A DNA stretch of 64,000 nucleotides from an uncultured Gemmataceae bacterium (GTDB taxonomy: Bacteria; Planctomycetota; Planctomycetia; Gemmatales; Gemmataceae). The stretch covers positions 3,424,001 to 3,488,000 of the forward strand of contig CAVVPN010000003.1 of NCBI GenBank assembly GCA_963750165.1, given 5' to 3'. The notes under the pieces were generated by a model. That model saw only the letters and a program-made list of their open reading frames with translations. It was not told the origin of the DNA and did no database searches. Numbering within the stretch: the first letter of the stretch is position 1; each line of letters starts with the position of its first letter. The translations under genes and the position numbers were made by a program. Shown in pieces: positions 1 to 9,971 of the stretch.

Positions 1-2
1 CG

Positions 3-3000
3 GGCAACACCAACACCATCTCGGTGTCGAACAACGTCAACTTCAGCATCTCCGGCGTGATTTCCGGCACCGGCGCCCTGACCAAGATCAACACCGGCCT
101 GCTGTTCCTCGACGGGGCCAACACCTTCACCGGCGGCGACAACATCACGGCTGGCACGGTGATCGTGGGCAACAGCGCCGCCCTGGGCACCGGCCTGGTC
201 ACCATCAACGGCGGCACCCTGCAGGACTCCGGCCGGAATTCCTACACGTTCGCCAACCAGGTGGTGATGAGCGGCGCCGCGACGATCAACGCCATCAACC
301 CCGCGACCACCCTGACGTTCAGCGGCAACATCAGTGGCACGGGCGCGCTGACCAAGACCGGGCCAGGCAAGATCGCCCTCACCACCGCCGACACCTACAC
401 CGGCGCCACCACGATCACCGGCGGCACCCTGGCGTTGAGCGGCGGCGGCGCCCTGCTGAACACCGCCAGCCTCGCCGTCAGCAACATCTCGGCACTGACG
501 CCGGCCCCCAGCACTTACGTCGTGCCGTCGCCGGGCGGGGTCAACGCGGTGCAGACGCTGACCTTCAGCACCGGCATCACGGGCGGCACGTTCACGCTCA
601 CCTTCAACGGCCTGACCACGGCCCCGATCACCTTTAGCGCGACCGCCGCCACCCTGGCCGCCAACATTCAGGCCGCCCTCACGGCGCTGCCGAACGTCGG
701 GCCCAACAACACGCTGGTCGCCGGCACCGGGCCGTTCACCGTCACGTTCCAGAACGGCCTGGGCGGCACCAACGTGCCCACCCTGACGTTCAACGCCGCC
801 GGCCTGGCGGGTGGCTCCATCACGTCCATCATCACCACGACCACCGGCGACACGGCCCAGACGAACAGCGTCGGCGGCACGCTGACGCTGGACAACACCG
901 CCGGCAACAATATCAACCGGCTCAACGACGCCGCCGCCATCACGCTGGCCGGCGGCACCCTCAACGTCCTGGGCGCTGCCAACGCCGCCTCGACCGAATT
1001 GATCGGCGCCATCACGCTGAACGCCGGGCAGTCGCAAATCCAGACGACCGCAGGCACCGGCGGGAGTATCGCCCTGACCAGTAGCGCCACCCTGACCCGG
1101 AACGCCGGCTCTGACATCAACTTCGTGGCCGGCGGCGGCCAGACGCTCGGCAGCGCCACCAACCAGATCATCTTCAACGTGGCGCCGACGACGCTGCTGA
1201 CCGGGACCACCAACGGTATCGTCAAGGCCGCCACGGTCACCGACGCGGCCACGGGCGGCTTCAACCTGGCAACGGCCACCGGCACCACCACGTCCAGCAT
1301 CGCCGCCGTGACCACCTACCAGACCCTGATGGCCGGGGGCGGCAACGCGGCCACCGATAATGTGTTGGTGACCGCCAGCACGGCCATGACCGCCGCGGAC
1401 ACCGTCCAGGCCATCCTGATCCGCGGCGACAGCATCACGGTGAGCGGCAGTGCCCTGACGGTCGGCAGCGGCCTGATCGCCAGCTCGGGCGGCACCACCA
1501 CCGGCGACACCATTTCGGCCCCGGTGACGCTGGCCGCCGTCGAGGGCGTGATCGTGAACGGCGCCGGCTCGACGCTGAACCTCACCGGCGCCATCACCGG
1601 CACCGCCGGCATCACCTTCGGCGGCAGCGGCACGACGAACGTCGGGGTGGCGAACACCTACACCGGGACCACCACCCTCAACAGCGGCACCCTGGGCCTT
1701 GGCATCGCCACCGCCCTCGCCAGCGGCACCGGCCAGGTCAACGTGGACGGCGGCACGCTCCAGACCACGGCGGCCGGTCTGACCATCGCCAACCCCGTCG
1801 CGCTGAACACCGGCCCCGGCGCACTCACCGTCACGGGGACGAACAGTCTGACTTTGAGTGGCGTCCTGAGCGGCGCCGGTTCGCTGATCGAAAACATGCC
1901 CGCCGTCACCAGCACCATCGCCGCTTCCCCAACAGGGGCCACCGAGACCGGCGCCCAGGTGACCATCACTACCACGGCCGCGCACCCCTTCGTGGTCGGG
2001 GAGACGGTCACGATTGCTGGCGTCGGTGTCACCGGCTTCAACGGCACCTTCGAGATCACCTCGGTGCCGTCCACCACGTCCTTCACCTACACGGACCCCA
2101 ACGTGGGTCTGGCCGCTTCGGGCGGCGGCACCGCGACCGCAACGGCCGCGCTCACCCTGGCCGGCGCCGCGGCCAACACCTTCACCGGCAGCACCATTGT
2201 GGACAACGGCGCTCTGGTCCTGGGCAAGACCGCAGCCGTGGGGGCCGTGGTCGGGCCACTGGTCATCGGCGACGGCGTCGGCGGCACCAACGCCGACGCG
2301 GTCATCCAGACCGGCCAGTCCGGCCAGGTGACCAACTCCGTGGTGGTCAACAGCTCCGGCGTGTTGAACCTGATCGGGGTCAACGATACCCTCGCCAGTC
2401 TGCTGCTGAACGGCGGCAACGTGAGCACGCTGCCGGTGGCGGCCGCGGCCGCGTTTGGCACCCTGACCCTCGGCGCCAACGTCGAGAGCCTGGCCGCCGC
2501 CACGCCAGCGTCAATCAGCGGCCTGCTCGTGCTGAACGGCAACCGCATCTTCGATGTCAACCCGGGCGGCAGCGGCAACGACCTGAACGTCTCGTCCCTG
2601 ATCTCCGGCGGCAATGAAATCACCAAGACCGGCACCGGCACCTTGACCTTCAACGGCTACCAGGCCAACACCTACTCCGGCCAGACCACTGTCGCGGAAG
2701 GCACGCTGAACCTCGGCATGCAGGGCAACCTGCCGGCGTACGCGGGGCCGCTGGTGGTCGGCGATTACGGCAACACCGCCACGGTCCAGATCACGACGCC
2801 CTTCAACCAGACGAACTCGGGCCAGAGCGTGTACGTCACCAATTCCGGCGTCCTGGACCTCAGCGCGACGCCGGTGTCGCAGACCATCGGCACGCTGGAA
2901 GTGCGCGGCGGCAGCGTGAATGGCCCCGCCAACAACATCGTGCAGGACATCGTCCTCAACGCCACCAACACCACGGTCACCGGCGGCACCTTCACGCTCT

Positions 3001-6000
3001 CCTTCAACGGCCAGACCACGCCCGCCATCGCCCAGAACGGTGCCATCGTTGCCTCGGCCAACGGGGCCGTCGTGGACGGTTCTGGCAACGTGACGATCGT
3101 GACCACGGGCGTGCACGGCTTTACCGTCGGCCAGATGGTCACGATCGCCGGGGTGGGTGTGGCCGCTTACAACGGCACCTACATGATCACGGCCGTGCCC
3201 ACGCCCTTCACCTTCACCTACATGGACACTGCCGCCATCGGTTCGGCGGCTTCGGGCGGCGGCACCGTGAATCTCGCCACCATTGCCACCGGGGGTGCCG
3301 TCGAGTTGGGCAACGTCGTGACGATCACCACCGCCGCCGCCCACGGCTTCACGGTCGGGCAGACGGTCATGATCCAGGGCATTACGCCGACCGGCTACAA
3401 CGGCATCTACACGATCACGGCCGTGCCCACCCCGACCTCGTTCACCTATACGAGCCCCTACTACGGCCTGGCCAATTCGACCGCGGCGGGGACCGCGTTC
3501 CTGGCGACCAATTCGGCCCTGGCCATCCAGAACGCGCTGAGCCAGCTGCCGAACGTCGGCGCCGGCAATGTCACCGTCACCCCCATCCAGGGGATCGGAC
3601 TCAACTTCCAGGTGACCTTCCAGGGCAACCTGTTGACGGGATCGACGGTCCCGCTCCTGAGCCTGGCCAGCGTCCCGACCGGCGCCGCGAACGCCACGGC
3701 CAATGTCGGCCCCGCCCTGGTGGTCACCGGCGCCACCGTGACCGGTCTGGCCTCCACCACGTCGGGCTCGATCAGCAGCAACCTCCTGCTGAACAACAAC
3801 CCGACGGGCTTCAACGTCGCCGACAGCGGCTCCGTCCAGGCCCTGAACATCTCAGGCGCCATCGTGAACAACACGGGGGCCGCCGTCGGCATCACCAAGA
3901 GCGGCGCCGGCACCCTGGTACTCAGTGGCAACCTGCCCAACACCTACTCCGGCACCCAGACGGTCACCGTCGCCGGCACGTCCACGAATAACGTGGGCAC
4001 CTACGTCCAGTCGGGCACGCTGCTCCTCGCGGACACGGGCGGCCTGGCCCTGCCCAGCACCACCGTGGTCGTCGGCGATGGCCTGGCCGGGTCGGGGACG
4101 ACCAAGGGCGCCACGCTGCGCTACCAGGCCACCTTCCAGTCCATCGTCTTCGGCACCAACGTCACCGGCGGCACGTTCGCCCTGACCTTCAACGGCCAGA
4201 CGACCGCCGCCATCAGCTGGAGCACGACCGCCGCCACCCTGGCGAGCAACATCCAGTCCGCGCTGGCGGCGTTGTCGAACGTCGGCACCGGCAACGTGAC
4301 CGTCACCGGCACCGGGCCGTTCACGGTCACCTTCGCCCCCAGTGTTGCCAACCAAACCCCGATGTTCGTGGCCAGCAACCTGCTCACGCCCTCCGGCACG
4401 GCCATCAGCGTCAACTCCCAGCTGCCCGCGAACGCCGGCGTCCAGGTGAATTCCAGTGGGCTGTATGATTTGAACGGCAACGCGAACCAGATCCTCAGCG
4501 GGTCTATCCTGCCGCAGGTGCTGGGCGCCACCACCACCGCGTTGAACATCAGCGGCGGCACCGTGAGCACGGGGTCCACCGGGTTGCTGACGCTCGGCGG
4601 CAACGTGTTCGGCCAGGCCAACCTGAGCAACGTGGTCCCCGCGACGATCAACGGCAACCTGTCGCTGGGCGGCGTGACCCGCCTGGTGGACGTTCAGGCA
4701 GGCGCCCTCCCCGGCGCCCCGAACGACATGATTATCAACGCTCAGATCAGCAACGGCGGCGCCGCGGCGGGCCTGAACAAGCTGGACGCCGGCAAGCTCC
4801 AGCTGGCGGGCAACAACACCTACACCGGCCCGACCACCGTCAGCGCGGGCACCCTGCTCATCGACGGCACGCAGCCGAACAGCCCGGTCACCGTCCTCAC
4901 GGGCGCCATCCTGGGCGGCACCGGCACGGCGGGCGGCATCACCACCCTGGGCGGCACGGTGAATCCGGGCGACCCCATCACCAGCAAGGCCACCCTGAAC
5001 GCTGGGGCGACGAACCTCAGCAGCGGCAACCTCACCGTGCAACTGTCGGGATCGACCGGCAGTTTCAGTTCCGACCTGTTGAACCTGGGCAGCAACATCC
5101 TGACGCTGGGCGGCAGTTCGACCTTGACGGTGGACCTCGCCGGCCTGACGACGACGACGGGGGCGCCGATCACCGTCATCCAGGATGGCGGCAACACCGG
5201 GACGTTCACGCACGTCCTCGTCACCAACAACCCGAACAACTTCCAGGTCAGCGTGAGTTACACCGCCAACGCCGTGAAGGTCACCGTCAACGCCGCCCCC
5301 GCCACCCACTTCACCGTCACCGCCCCCAGCAGCGCCAGCAGGGGCGTGGCGTTCGACATCACGGTCACGGCCCTGGACTCCTTCAACAACGTGGCGACGG
5401 GCTACGTGGGGACGGTACACTTCACGACGACGGACATGGGCATGGGCGTGGTAGTCCCGGCGAACTATACGTTCGTGGCCGGCGACAACGGCGTGCATAC
5501 CTTCACGGGCGGTGTTACGCTCGTGACCGCCGGCAACCAGACCGTCACCGCCACCGACACCACCACCAGCACGATCACCGGCACCAGCGCCGCCATCGCC
5601 GTCACCGCCCCCGCCGCGGCCACGCATTTCGGCGTCACCGCCCCGGCCACGGCCTCGGTCGGTAGCGCCGTCAGCTTCACGGTGACGGCCCTGGACGCCT
5701 CCAACAATCCGACCACGGGCTACACCGGCACCGTCCACTTCACCAGCACCGACGGCACCGCCACGTTGCCCGCCAACGCCATGCTGACCAACGGCGTGGG
5801 CACCTTCAACGTCACCTTCCAGACGGCCGGCAACCAGACCGTCACCGCCACCGACACCACCACCAGCTCCATCACCGGCACCAGCAACACGGTCATGGTC
5901 AGCACCTCCTCCAACCCCGCCACGCACTTCCTGGTGAGTGCCCCGAGCAGCGCCACGGCGGGCGCGGCCTTCAGCTTCACCGTGACCGCCCTGGACGCCT

Positions 6001-8081
6001 CCAACAACCCGGTCTCGGGTTACCTGGGGACGGTACACTTCACCAAGAGCGACAGCGGCACCGGCTCGGCCGTGCCCGCCGACTACACCTTCGTGGTCGG
6101 CGACCACGGCGTCCACACCTTCACGGGCGGTGCCACCTTCGTCACCGCCGGCAGCCAGACGCTGACGGCCACCGACACCGTGACCAGCACGATCACCGGC
6201 AGCGCCACCGTGACTGTCGCCGGCGCCACCGCCGCCACCTTCACGGTCAGCGCCCCGAGCAGTGCCACCGCCGGCACGGCCTTCCTCTTCACCGTGACCG
6301 CCAAGGACAGCTTCGGCAACACCGCCACGGGCTACGCCGGCACGATCCACTTCACCAGCACCGACGCCGCCGCCATCCTGCCCGCCAACGCCACGCTCAC
6401 CAACGGCACCAGCGCCTTCATCGCCACCATGAAGACGACCGGCAGCCAGACGCTGACGGCCACCGACACCATGACGAGCACGATCAACGGCACCAGCGGT
6501 ACGATTACCGTCAGCGCCGCCGCGGCGACGACGTTCACGGTGACCGCCCCGGCCACGGCCACGGCGGGCGCGGCCTTCAACCTCACCGTCACGGCCAAGG
6601 ACGCCTACGGCAACACGGCGACCGGCTACGTCGGCACCGTCCACTTCACCAAGTCCGACAGCGGCACCGGCGCCACGGTCCCCGTGGATTACACCTTCGT
6701 GGCCGGCGACCACGGCGTGCATACCTTCACAGGCGGCGTCACGCTTGTGACCGCCGGCAGCCAGACCGTCACCGCCACCGACACCACCACCAGCAGCCTC
6801 ACCGGCACCAGTGGCCCGATTACCGTCAGCGCGGCGACAGTGGCGGCGTTCGCGGTGACGGCCCCGACCAGCGCCAAGGCGGGCGTGGCCTTCACCTTCG
6901 TCGTCACGGCCAAGGACGCCTTCGGCAACACGGTCACCGGCTACCTCGGCACCGTCCACTTCACGAAGACGGACGCGGGCACGGGCTCGGCGGTGCCGGC
7001 GAACTACACGTTCGTGGCCGGCGACAGCGGCATGCACACCTTCACGGGCGGCGCCACCCTCGTCACCGTCGGCAGCCAGACCATCAGCGCCACCGACACG
7101 GTGACCAGCAGCATCACCGGCACCAGCGCCGCCATCGCCGTCAGCGCCGCCGCTGCCAGCCACTTCACGGTCAGCGCCCCGGCCACGGCCAACGCGGGCA
7201 CGGCCATCAGCTTCACGGTGACGGCCCTGGACGCCTTCAACAACACCGCCACCGACTACAGCGGCACCATCCACTTCACCAGCACCGACGTCAAGGCCGT
7301 CCTGCCCGCCGACGCCATCCTCACCAACGGCACCGGCACCTTCAGCGCCACCCTGAAGACTGCGGGCAACCAGACGCTGACCGCCACCGACACGTTCACC
7401 AGCAGCATCACCGGCACCAGCGCCGCCATCGCCGTCAGCGCCGTCGCCCTGGACCATTTCCTGGTCAGCGCCCCGGCCGGCGCCACCACGGGCACCGCCT
7501 TCTCCTTCACCGTCACCGCCGTGGACGCCTACAACAACGCCACCTCCGGTTACAGCGGCACCGTCCACTTCACCAGCAGCGACGCCGCCGCCGTCTTGCC
7601 GGCCAACAGCATGCTGACCAACGGCGTCGGCACCTTCAGCGCCACCCTGAACACCAGCGGCGCCCAGACCCTGACCGCCACTGACACCGTCACCAGCAGC
7701 CTGACCGGCACCAGCACTGCCATCGCCGTGCGCAGGCCTGGTGGTCACCACCTTCACGCCCACGGCCACCGGCTTCACCGTCGCCTTCAGCAAACCGTTC
7801 GTCAACAGCAGTGCCAGCCCGATCAACCTCTACGACGCCGGCTCCGCCGGCTACGGCGCCGCCGACGTCACCCTGGTCGGCACGTCCGGCACCATCAAGG
7901 GCTCGCTCGTCATCGATCCGAGCAACCAGAGCTTCACCTTCCTCAAGACCGATGTCGTGGCTGGCGGCGGCACCACCGGTCTGCTACCAGCCGGCACCTA
8001 CACGGCGACCATCGTCAGCGGCAGCACTGCCTTCAAGGACGCCACCGGCGCCCCGCTCGACGGCAACAACGACGGCATTAA
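3..8081 (+). CDS. Giant surface adhesin, 5'-partial: autotransporter-associated beta-strand (PATR) repeats plus about 8 Ig-like repeats; true frame probably continues into 7741-9633
   Basis: The frame is open from the window edge. It has repeated 'LTKxGxGxLxLxGxNTYTGxTTxxxGTL' motifs and Ig-like 'ATHFxVTAP...TATDT' units at ~5300-7730. After ~7733 the translation becomes His/Arg-rich out-of-frame text. Confidence 0.85.
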   Translation, partial: GNTNTISVSNNVNFSISGVISGTGALTKINTGLLFLDGANTFTGGDNITAGTVIVGNSAALGTGLVTINGGTLQDSGRNSYTFANQVVMSGAATINAINPATTLTFSGNISGTGALTKTGPGKIALTTADTYTGATTITGGTLALSGGGALLNTASLAVSNISALTPAPSTYVVPSPGGVNAVQTLTFSTGITGGTFTLTFNGLTTAPITFSATAATLAANIQAALTALPNVGPNNTLVAGTGPFTVTFQNGLGGTNVPTLTFNAAGLAGGSITSIITTTTGDTAQTNSVGGTLTLDNTAGNNINRLNDAAAITLAGGTLNVLGAANAASTELIGAITLNAGQSQIQTTAGTGGSIALTSSATLTRNAGSDINFVAGGGQTLGSATNQIIFNVAPTTLLTGTTNGIVKAATVTDAATGGFNLATATGTTTSSIAAVTTYQTLMAGGGNAATDNVLVTASTAMTAADTVQAILIRGDSITVSGSALTVGSGLIASSGGTTTGDTISAPVTLAAVEGVIVNGAGSTLNLTGAITGTAGITFGGSGTTNVGVANTYTGTTTLNSGTLGLGIATALASGTGQVNVDGGTLQTTAAGLTIANPVALNTGPGALTVTGTNSLTLSGVLSGAGSLIENMPAVTSTIAASPTGATETGAQVTITTTAAHPFVVGETVTIAGVGVTGFNGTFEITSVPSTTSFTYTDPNVGLAASGGGTATATAALTLAGAAANTFTGSTIVDNGALVLGKTAAVGAVVGPLVIGDGVGGTNADAVIQTGQSGQVTNSVVVNSSGVLNLIGVNDTLASLLLNGGNVSTLPVAAAAAFGTLTLGANVESLAAATPASISGLLVLNGNRIFDVNPGGSGNDLNVSSLISGGNEITKTGTGTLTFNGYQANTYSGQTTVAEGTLNLGMQGNLPAYAGPLVVGDYGNTATVQITTPFNQTNSGQSVYVTNSGVLDLSATPVSQTIGTLEVRGGSVNGPANNIVQDIVLNATNTTVTGGTFTLSFNGQTTPAIAQNGAIVASANGAVVDGSGNVTIVTTGVHGFTVGQMVTIAGVGVAAYNGTYMITAVPTPFTFTYMDTAAIGSAASGGGTVNLATIATGGAVELGNVVTITTAAAHGFTVGQTVMIQGITPTGYNGIYTITAVPTPTSFTYTSPYYGLANSTAAGTAFLATNSALAIQNALSQLPNVGAGNVTVTPIQGIGLNFQVTFQGNLLTGSTVPLLSLASVPTGAANATANVGPALVVTGATVTGLASTTSGSISSNLLLNNNPTGFNVADSGSVQALNISGAIVNNTGAAVGITKSGAGTLVLSGNLPNTYSGTQTVTVAGTSTNNVGTYVQSGTLLLADTGGLALPSTTVVVGDGLAGSGTTKGATLRYQATFQSIVFGTNVTGGTFALTFNGQTTAAISWSTTAATLASNIQSALAALSNVGTGNVTVTGTGPFTVTFAPSVANQTPMFVASNLLTPSGTAISVNSQLPANAGVQVNSSGLYDLNGNANQILSGSILPQVLGATTTALNISGGTVSTGSTGLLTLGGNVFGQANLSNVVPATINGNLSLGGVTRLVDVQAGALPGAPNDMIINAQISNGGAAAGLNKLDAGKLQLAGNNTYTGPTTVSAGTLLIDGTQPNSPVTVLTGAILGGTGTAGGITTLGGTVNPGDPITSKATLNAGATNLSSGNLTVQLSGSTGSFSSDLLNLGSNILTLGGSSTLTVDLAGLTTTTGAPITVIQDGGNTGTFTHVLVTNNPNNFQVSVSYTANAVKVTVNAAPATHFTVTAPSSASRGVAFDITVTALDSFNNVATGYVGTVHFTTTDMGMGVVVPANYTFVAGDNGVHTFTGGVTLVTAGNQTVTATDTTTSTITGTSAAIAVTAPAAATHFGVTAPATASVGSAVSFTVTALDASNNPTTGYTGTVHFTSTDGTATLPANAMLTNGVGTFNVTFQTAGNQTVTATDTTTSSITGTSNTVMVSTSSNPATHFLVSAPSSATAGAAFSFTVTALDASNNPVSGYLGTVHFTKSDSGTGSAVPADYTFVVGDHGVHTFTGGATFVTAGSQTLTATDTVTSTITGSATVTVAGATAATFTVSAPSSATAGTAFLFTVTAKDSFGNTATGYAGTIHFTSTDAAAILPANATLTNGTSAFIATMKTTGSQTLTATDTMTSTINGTSGTITVSAAAATTFTVTAPATATAGAAFNLTVTAKDAYGNTATGYVGTVHFTKSDSGTGATVPVDYTFVAGDHGVHTFTGGVTLVTAGSQTVTATDTTTSSLTGTSGPITVSAATVAAFAVTAPTSAKAGVAFTFVVTAKDAFGNTVTGYLGTVHFTKTDAGTGSAVPANYTFVAGDSGMHTFTGGATLVTVGSQTISATDTVTSSITGTSAAIAVSAAAASHFTVSAPATANAGTAISFTVTALDAFNNTATDYSGTIHFTSTDVKAVLPADAILTNGTGTFSATLKTAGNQTLTATDTFTSSITGTSAAIAVSAVALDHFLVSAPAGATTGTAFSFTVTAVDAYNNATSGYSGTVHFTSSDAAAVLPANSMLTNGVGTFSATLNTSGAQTLTATDTVTSSLTGTSTAIAVRRPGGHHLHAHGHRLHRRLQQTVRQQQCQPDQPLRRRLRRLRRRRRHPGRHVRHHQGLARHRSEQPELHLPQDRCRGWRRHHRSATSRHLHGDHRQRQHCLQGRHRRPARRQQRRH

Positions 8082-9633
8082 CGGCGACAACTACGTCGCC
8101 ACCTTCACCGTGGCGGCCAACACCGCGGTGGTGGTGACCGTGCCCGACTTCGCCCGCGGCCCCGACGCCACCGACCCGATCAACGTTCCCAACAACAGCA
8201 CCAATGGCATCCCCATTGCCCTGAGCAACGGCCTCGGCGTCACCGACGGCAGCTTCGTGCTCAACTACAACGCCAACCTGCTGACCATCACCGGCGGCAC
8301 CGTCAACTCCGCCCTCACCGGGGCCACCTTCACCGTCAGCACCTCGGGCACCGGCACCAGCGCTCAGGCCACCATCACCTTCCACAGTCCGACGGCGCTG
8401 GCAACTGGGGCGGTGCGGCTCGGCGGCCTGACGGCCACGGTGCCGGCCAACGCGCCATACAAGTCCAAGGAACTGCTGCACTGGGCGAGCCTGTCGCTCA
8501 ACGGTGGTGCGATCACGGCGGTGGGCGACGATGCCCTCCATGCGGTGGCGTTCCTGGGCGACACCTCGGGAGACGGCACCTACACCAGCGCCGACAGCGT
8601 GCTGCTCTCGAACGTGGCGGCGGCCAAGGACAGCGGCTTCGCGGCCTTCCCGATCCTCGACCCGGTCATCCTCGCCGACCTCAACGGCAACGGCCTGGTG
8701 CAGTCCAACGACGGCGGCCTGCTCAACAATTACCTGGGCGGCGCCACGGTCGCTCAGATACCCAACTACCCCGGCGCTCCGTCCAACAACCCGTCCGGCC
8801 CCGACCCGACGCTCAGCATCCCCACCAACCTGAGCGCGAGTCCCGGCGGCACGGTGACGGTGCCGGTCAACATCGACGACCCGCACCCCAAGGGCAGCAC
8901 CGGCATGACCCAGGCTCTGCTGGCGCTGACCTACGACCCCACGGTCTTTACGGTGACCGCGGCCGACATCCACCTCGGGACGGTGCCGGCGGCGGGCAGC
9001 GGCTGGGTGTTGCAGACCCGGGTGGACGCGACCACGGGCCAGATTGCCATCATCCTGTTCAGCGCCACGCCCATCGCCAGCTCGGCCGGCGGCAGCCTGG
9101 TGACCATCGACTTCCACGTCAAGCCTGGAGCGGCACCGGGGGCCAGCCCGATTAACCTGGCGGCCGAGGTCAACCCCAACGGTCAGGGGGTGGTCCGCAC
9201 GGCGGTCGATGACAACCAGGGGCCGTACACGCTGACCCCGGCGCCGACCGACTCCCCCACCGACCCGGGCGTGGACGGGCTGGTGAAGCTGACCGCCGCC
9301 GACCCGGCACCGGCGGCCCCGGTCCCGGTTGTCAAGCCCAGCGGCGCGGTCGGGCCGGCGGCATTCGTGAACTCCGGCTACGGGGCCGTCCCGCCGGTCA
9401 ACCCGGTGGTCGCCGTGACGACGCCGGGCAACGGTTTGTCGTTGCCCGGGGGCGTGGCCAAGGCGCTGACGGATCAGGTATTCATCGACCTGAACGACGG
9501 GACGAACGGCACACCGCCCGCGGTGCAGACGCCGCACGCATGGGACGCCCTGGTCTGGGACGGGGCGGGTGAAACCGACTGGGTGGCAGATCTCAACCCT
9601 GCCCAGTCGGGCGCCGGCAAGGCCATTCTGTAA
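7741..9633 (+). CDS. C-terminal part of the giant adhesin: cohesin-like / dockerin-like / cohesin-like modules
   Basis: Paired Ca-loop motifs GDTSGDGTYTSAD and ADLNGNGLVQSND (~8557-8736). Cohesin-like segment 'PGGTVTVPVNI...LTYDPTVF...GSLVTIDFHV' (~8810-9290). Removing A7734 joins it in frame to the upstream ORF. Confidence 0.75.
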   Translation: MVTTFTPTATGFTVAFSKPFVNSSASPINLYDAGSAGYGAADVTLVGTSGTIKGSLVIDPSNQSFTFLKTDVVAGGGTTGLLPAGTYTATIVSGSTAFKDATGAPLDGNNDGINGDNYVATFTVAANTAVVVTVPDFARGPDATDPINVPNNSTNGIPIALSNGLGVTDGSFVLNYNANLLTITGGTVNSALTGATFTVSTSGTGTSAQATITFHSPTALATGAVRLGGLTATVPANAPYKSKELLHWASLSLNGGAITAVGDDALHAVAFLGDTSGDGTYTSADSVLLSNVAAAKDSGFAAFPILDPVILADLNGNGLVQSNDGGLLNNYLGGATVAQIPNYPGAPSNNPSGPDPTLSIPTNLSASPGGTVTVPVNIDDPHPKGSTGMTQALLALTYDPTVFTVTAADIHLGTVPAAGSGWVLQTRVDATTGQIAIILFSATPIASSAGGSLVTIDFHVKPGAAPGASPINLAAEVNPNGQGVVRTAVDDNQGPYTLTPAPTDSPTDPGVDGLVKLTAADPAPAAPVPVVKPSGAVGPAAFVNSGYGAVPPVNPVVAVTTPGNGLSLPGGVAKALTDQVFIDLNDGTNGTPPAVQTPHAWDALVWDGAGETDWVADLNPAQSGAGKAIL

Positions 9634-9644
9634 GCGGCGATCAC

Positions 9645-9683
9645 TTTCCCGGCCCGGGTGCGTGGCACACCGGGCCGGGAAAA
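9645..9683. terminator. GC-rich hairpin after the stop of the first giant gene
   Basis: TTTCCCGGCCCGG...CCGGGCCGGGAAA inverted repeat about 12 nt after TAA at 9633. Confidence 0.5.
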
Positions 9684-9971
9684 GCTCAGGGCCGTTTATT
9701 CCGGATGCGCTGGTCGTAACGGCGGCTTTTCCCCGGCCCTCCGGATTGAATGAACAGAAGGCATTTCCCGATTTTGTCGGTGAACTGGGGAAGTTGCGAA
9801 AAAAAAATGGGCTCCGGGCCGATACTGGGCCGGTAAGGCTGTGTTAATTCGTGTAAGCTAGATAAACTATTGCGGATTTGTCATGGCACCCAGGGAAGGG
9901 GCATTCGCCCCGGCATCTGACCCCGACAGTCAGCAATCCCTCTCCGAGTCTTCACACAAGCGAGTAACATC

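Noticed and set aside
9700..9971. AT-richer upstream region with an A9 tract (9799-9807) as a phase-variable promoter
   Set aside because: Promoter elements cannot be assigned confidently, and a single tract is weak evidence
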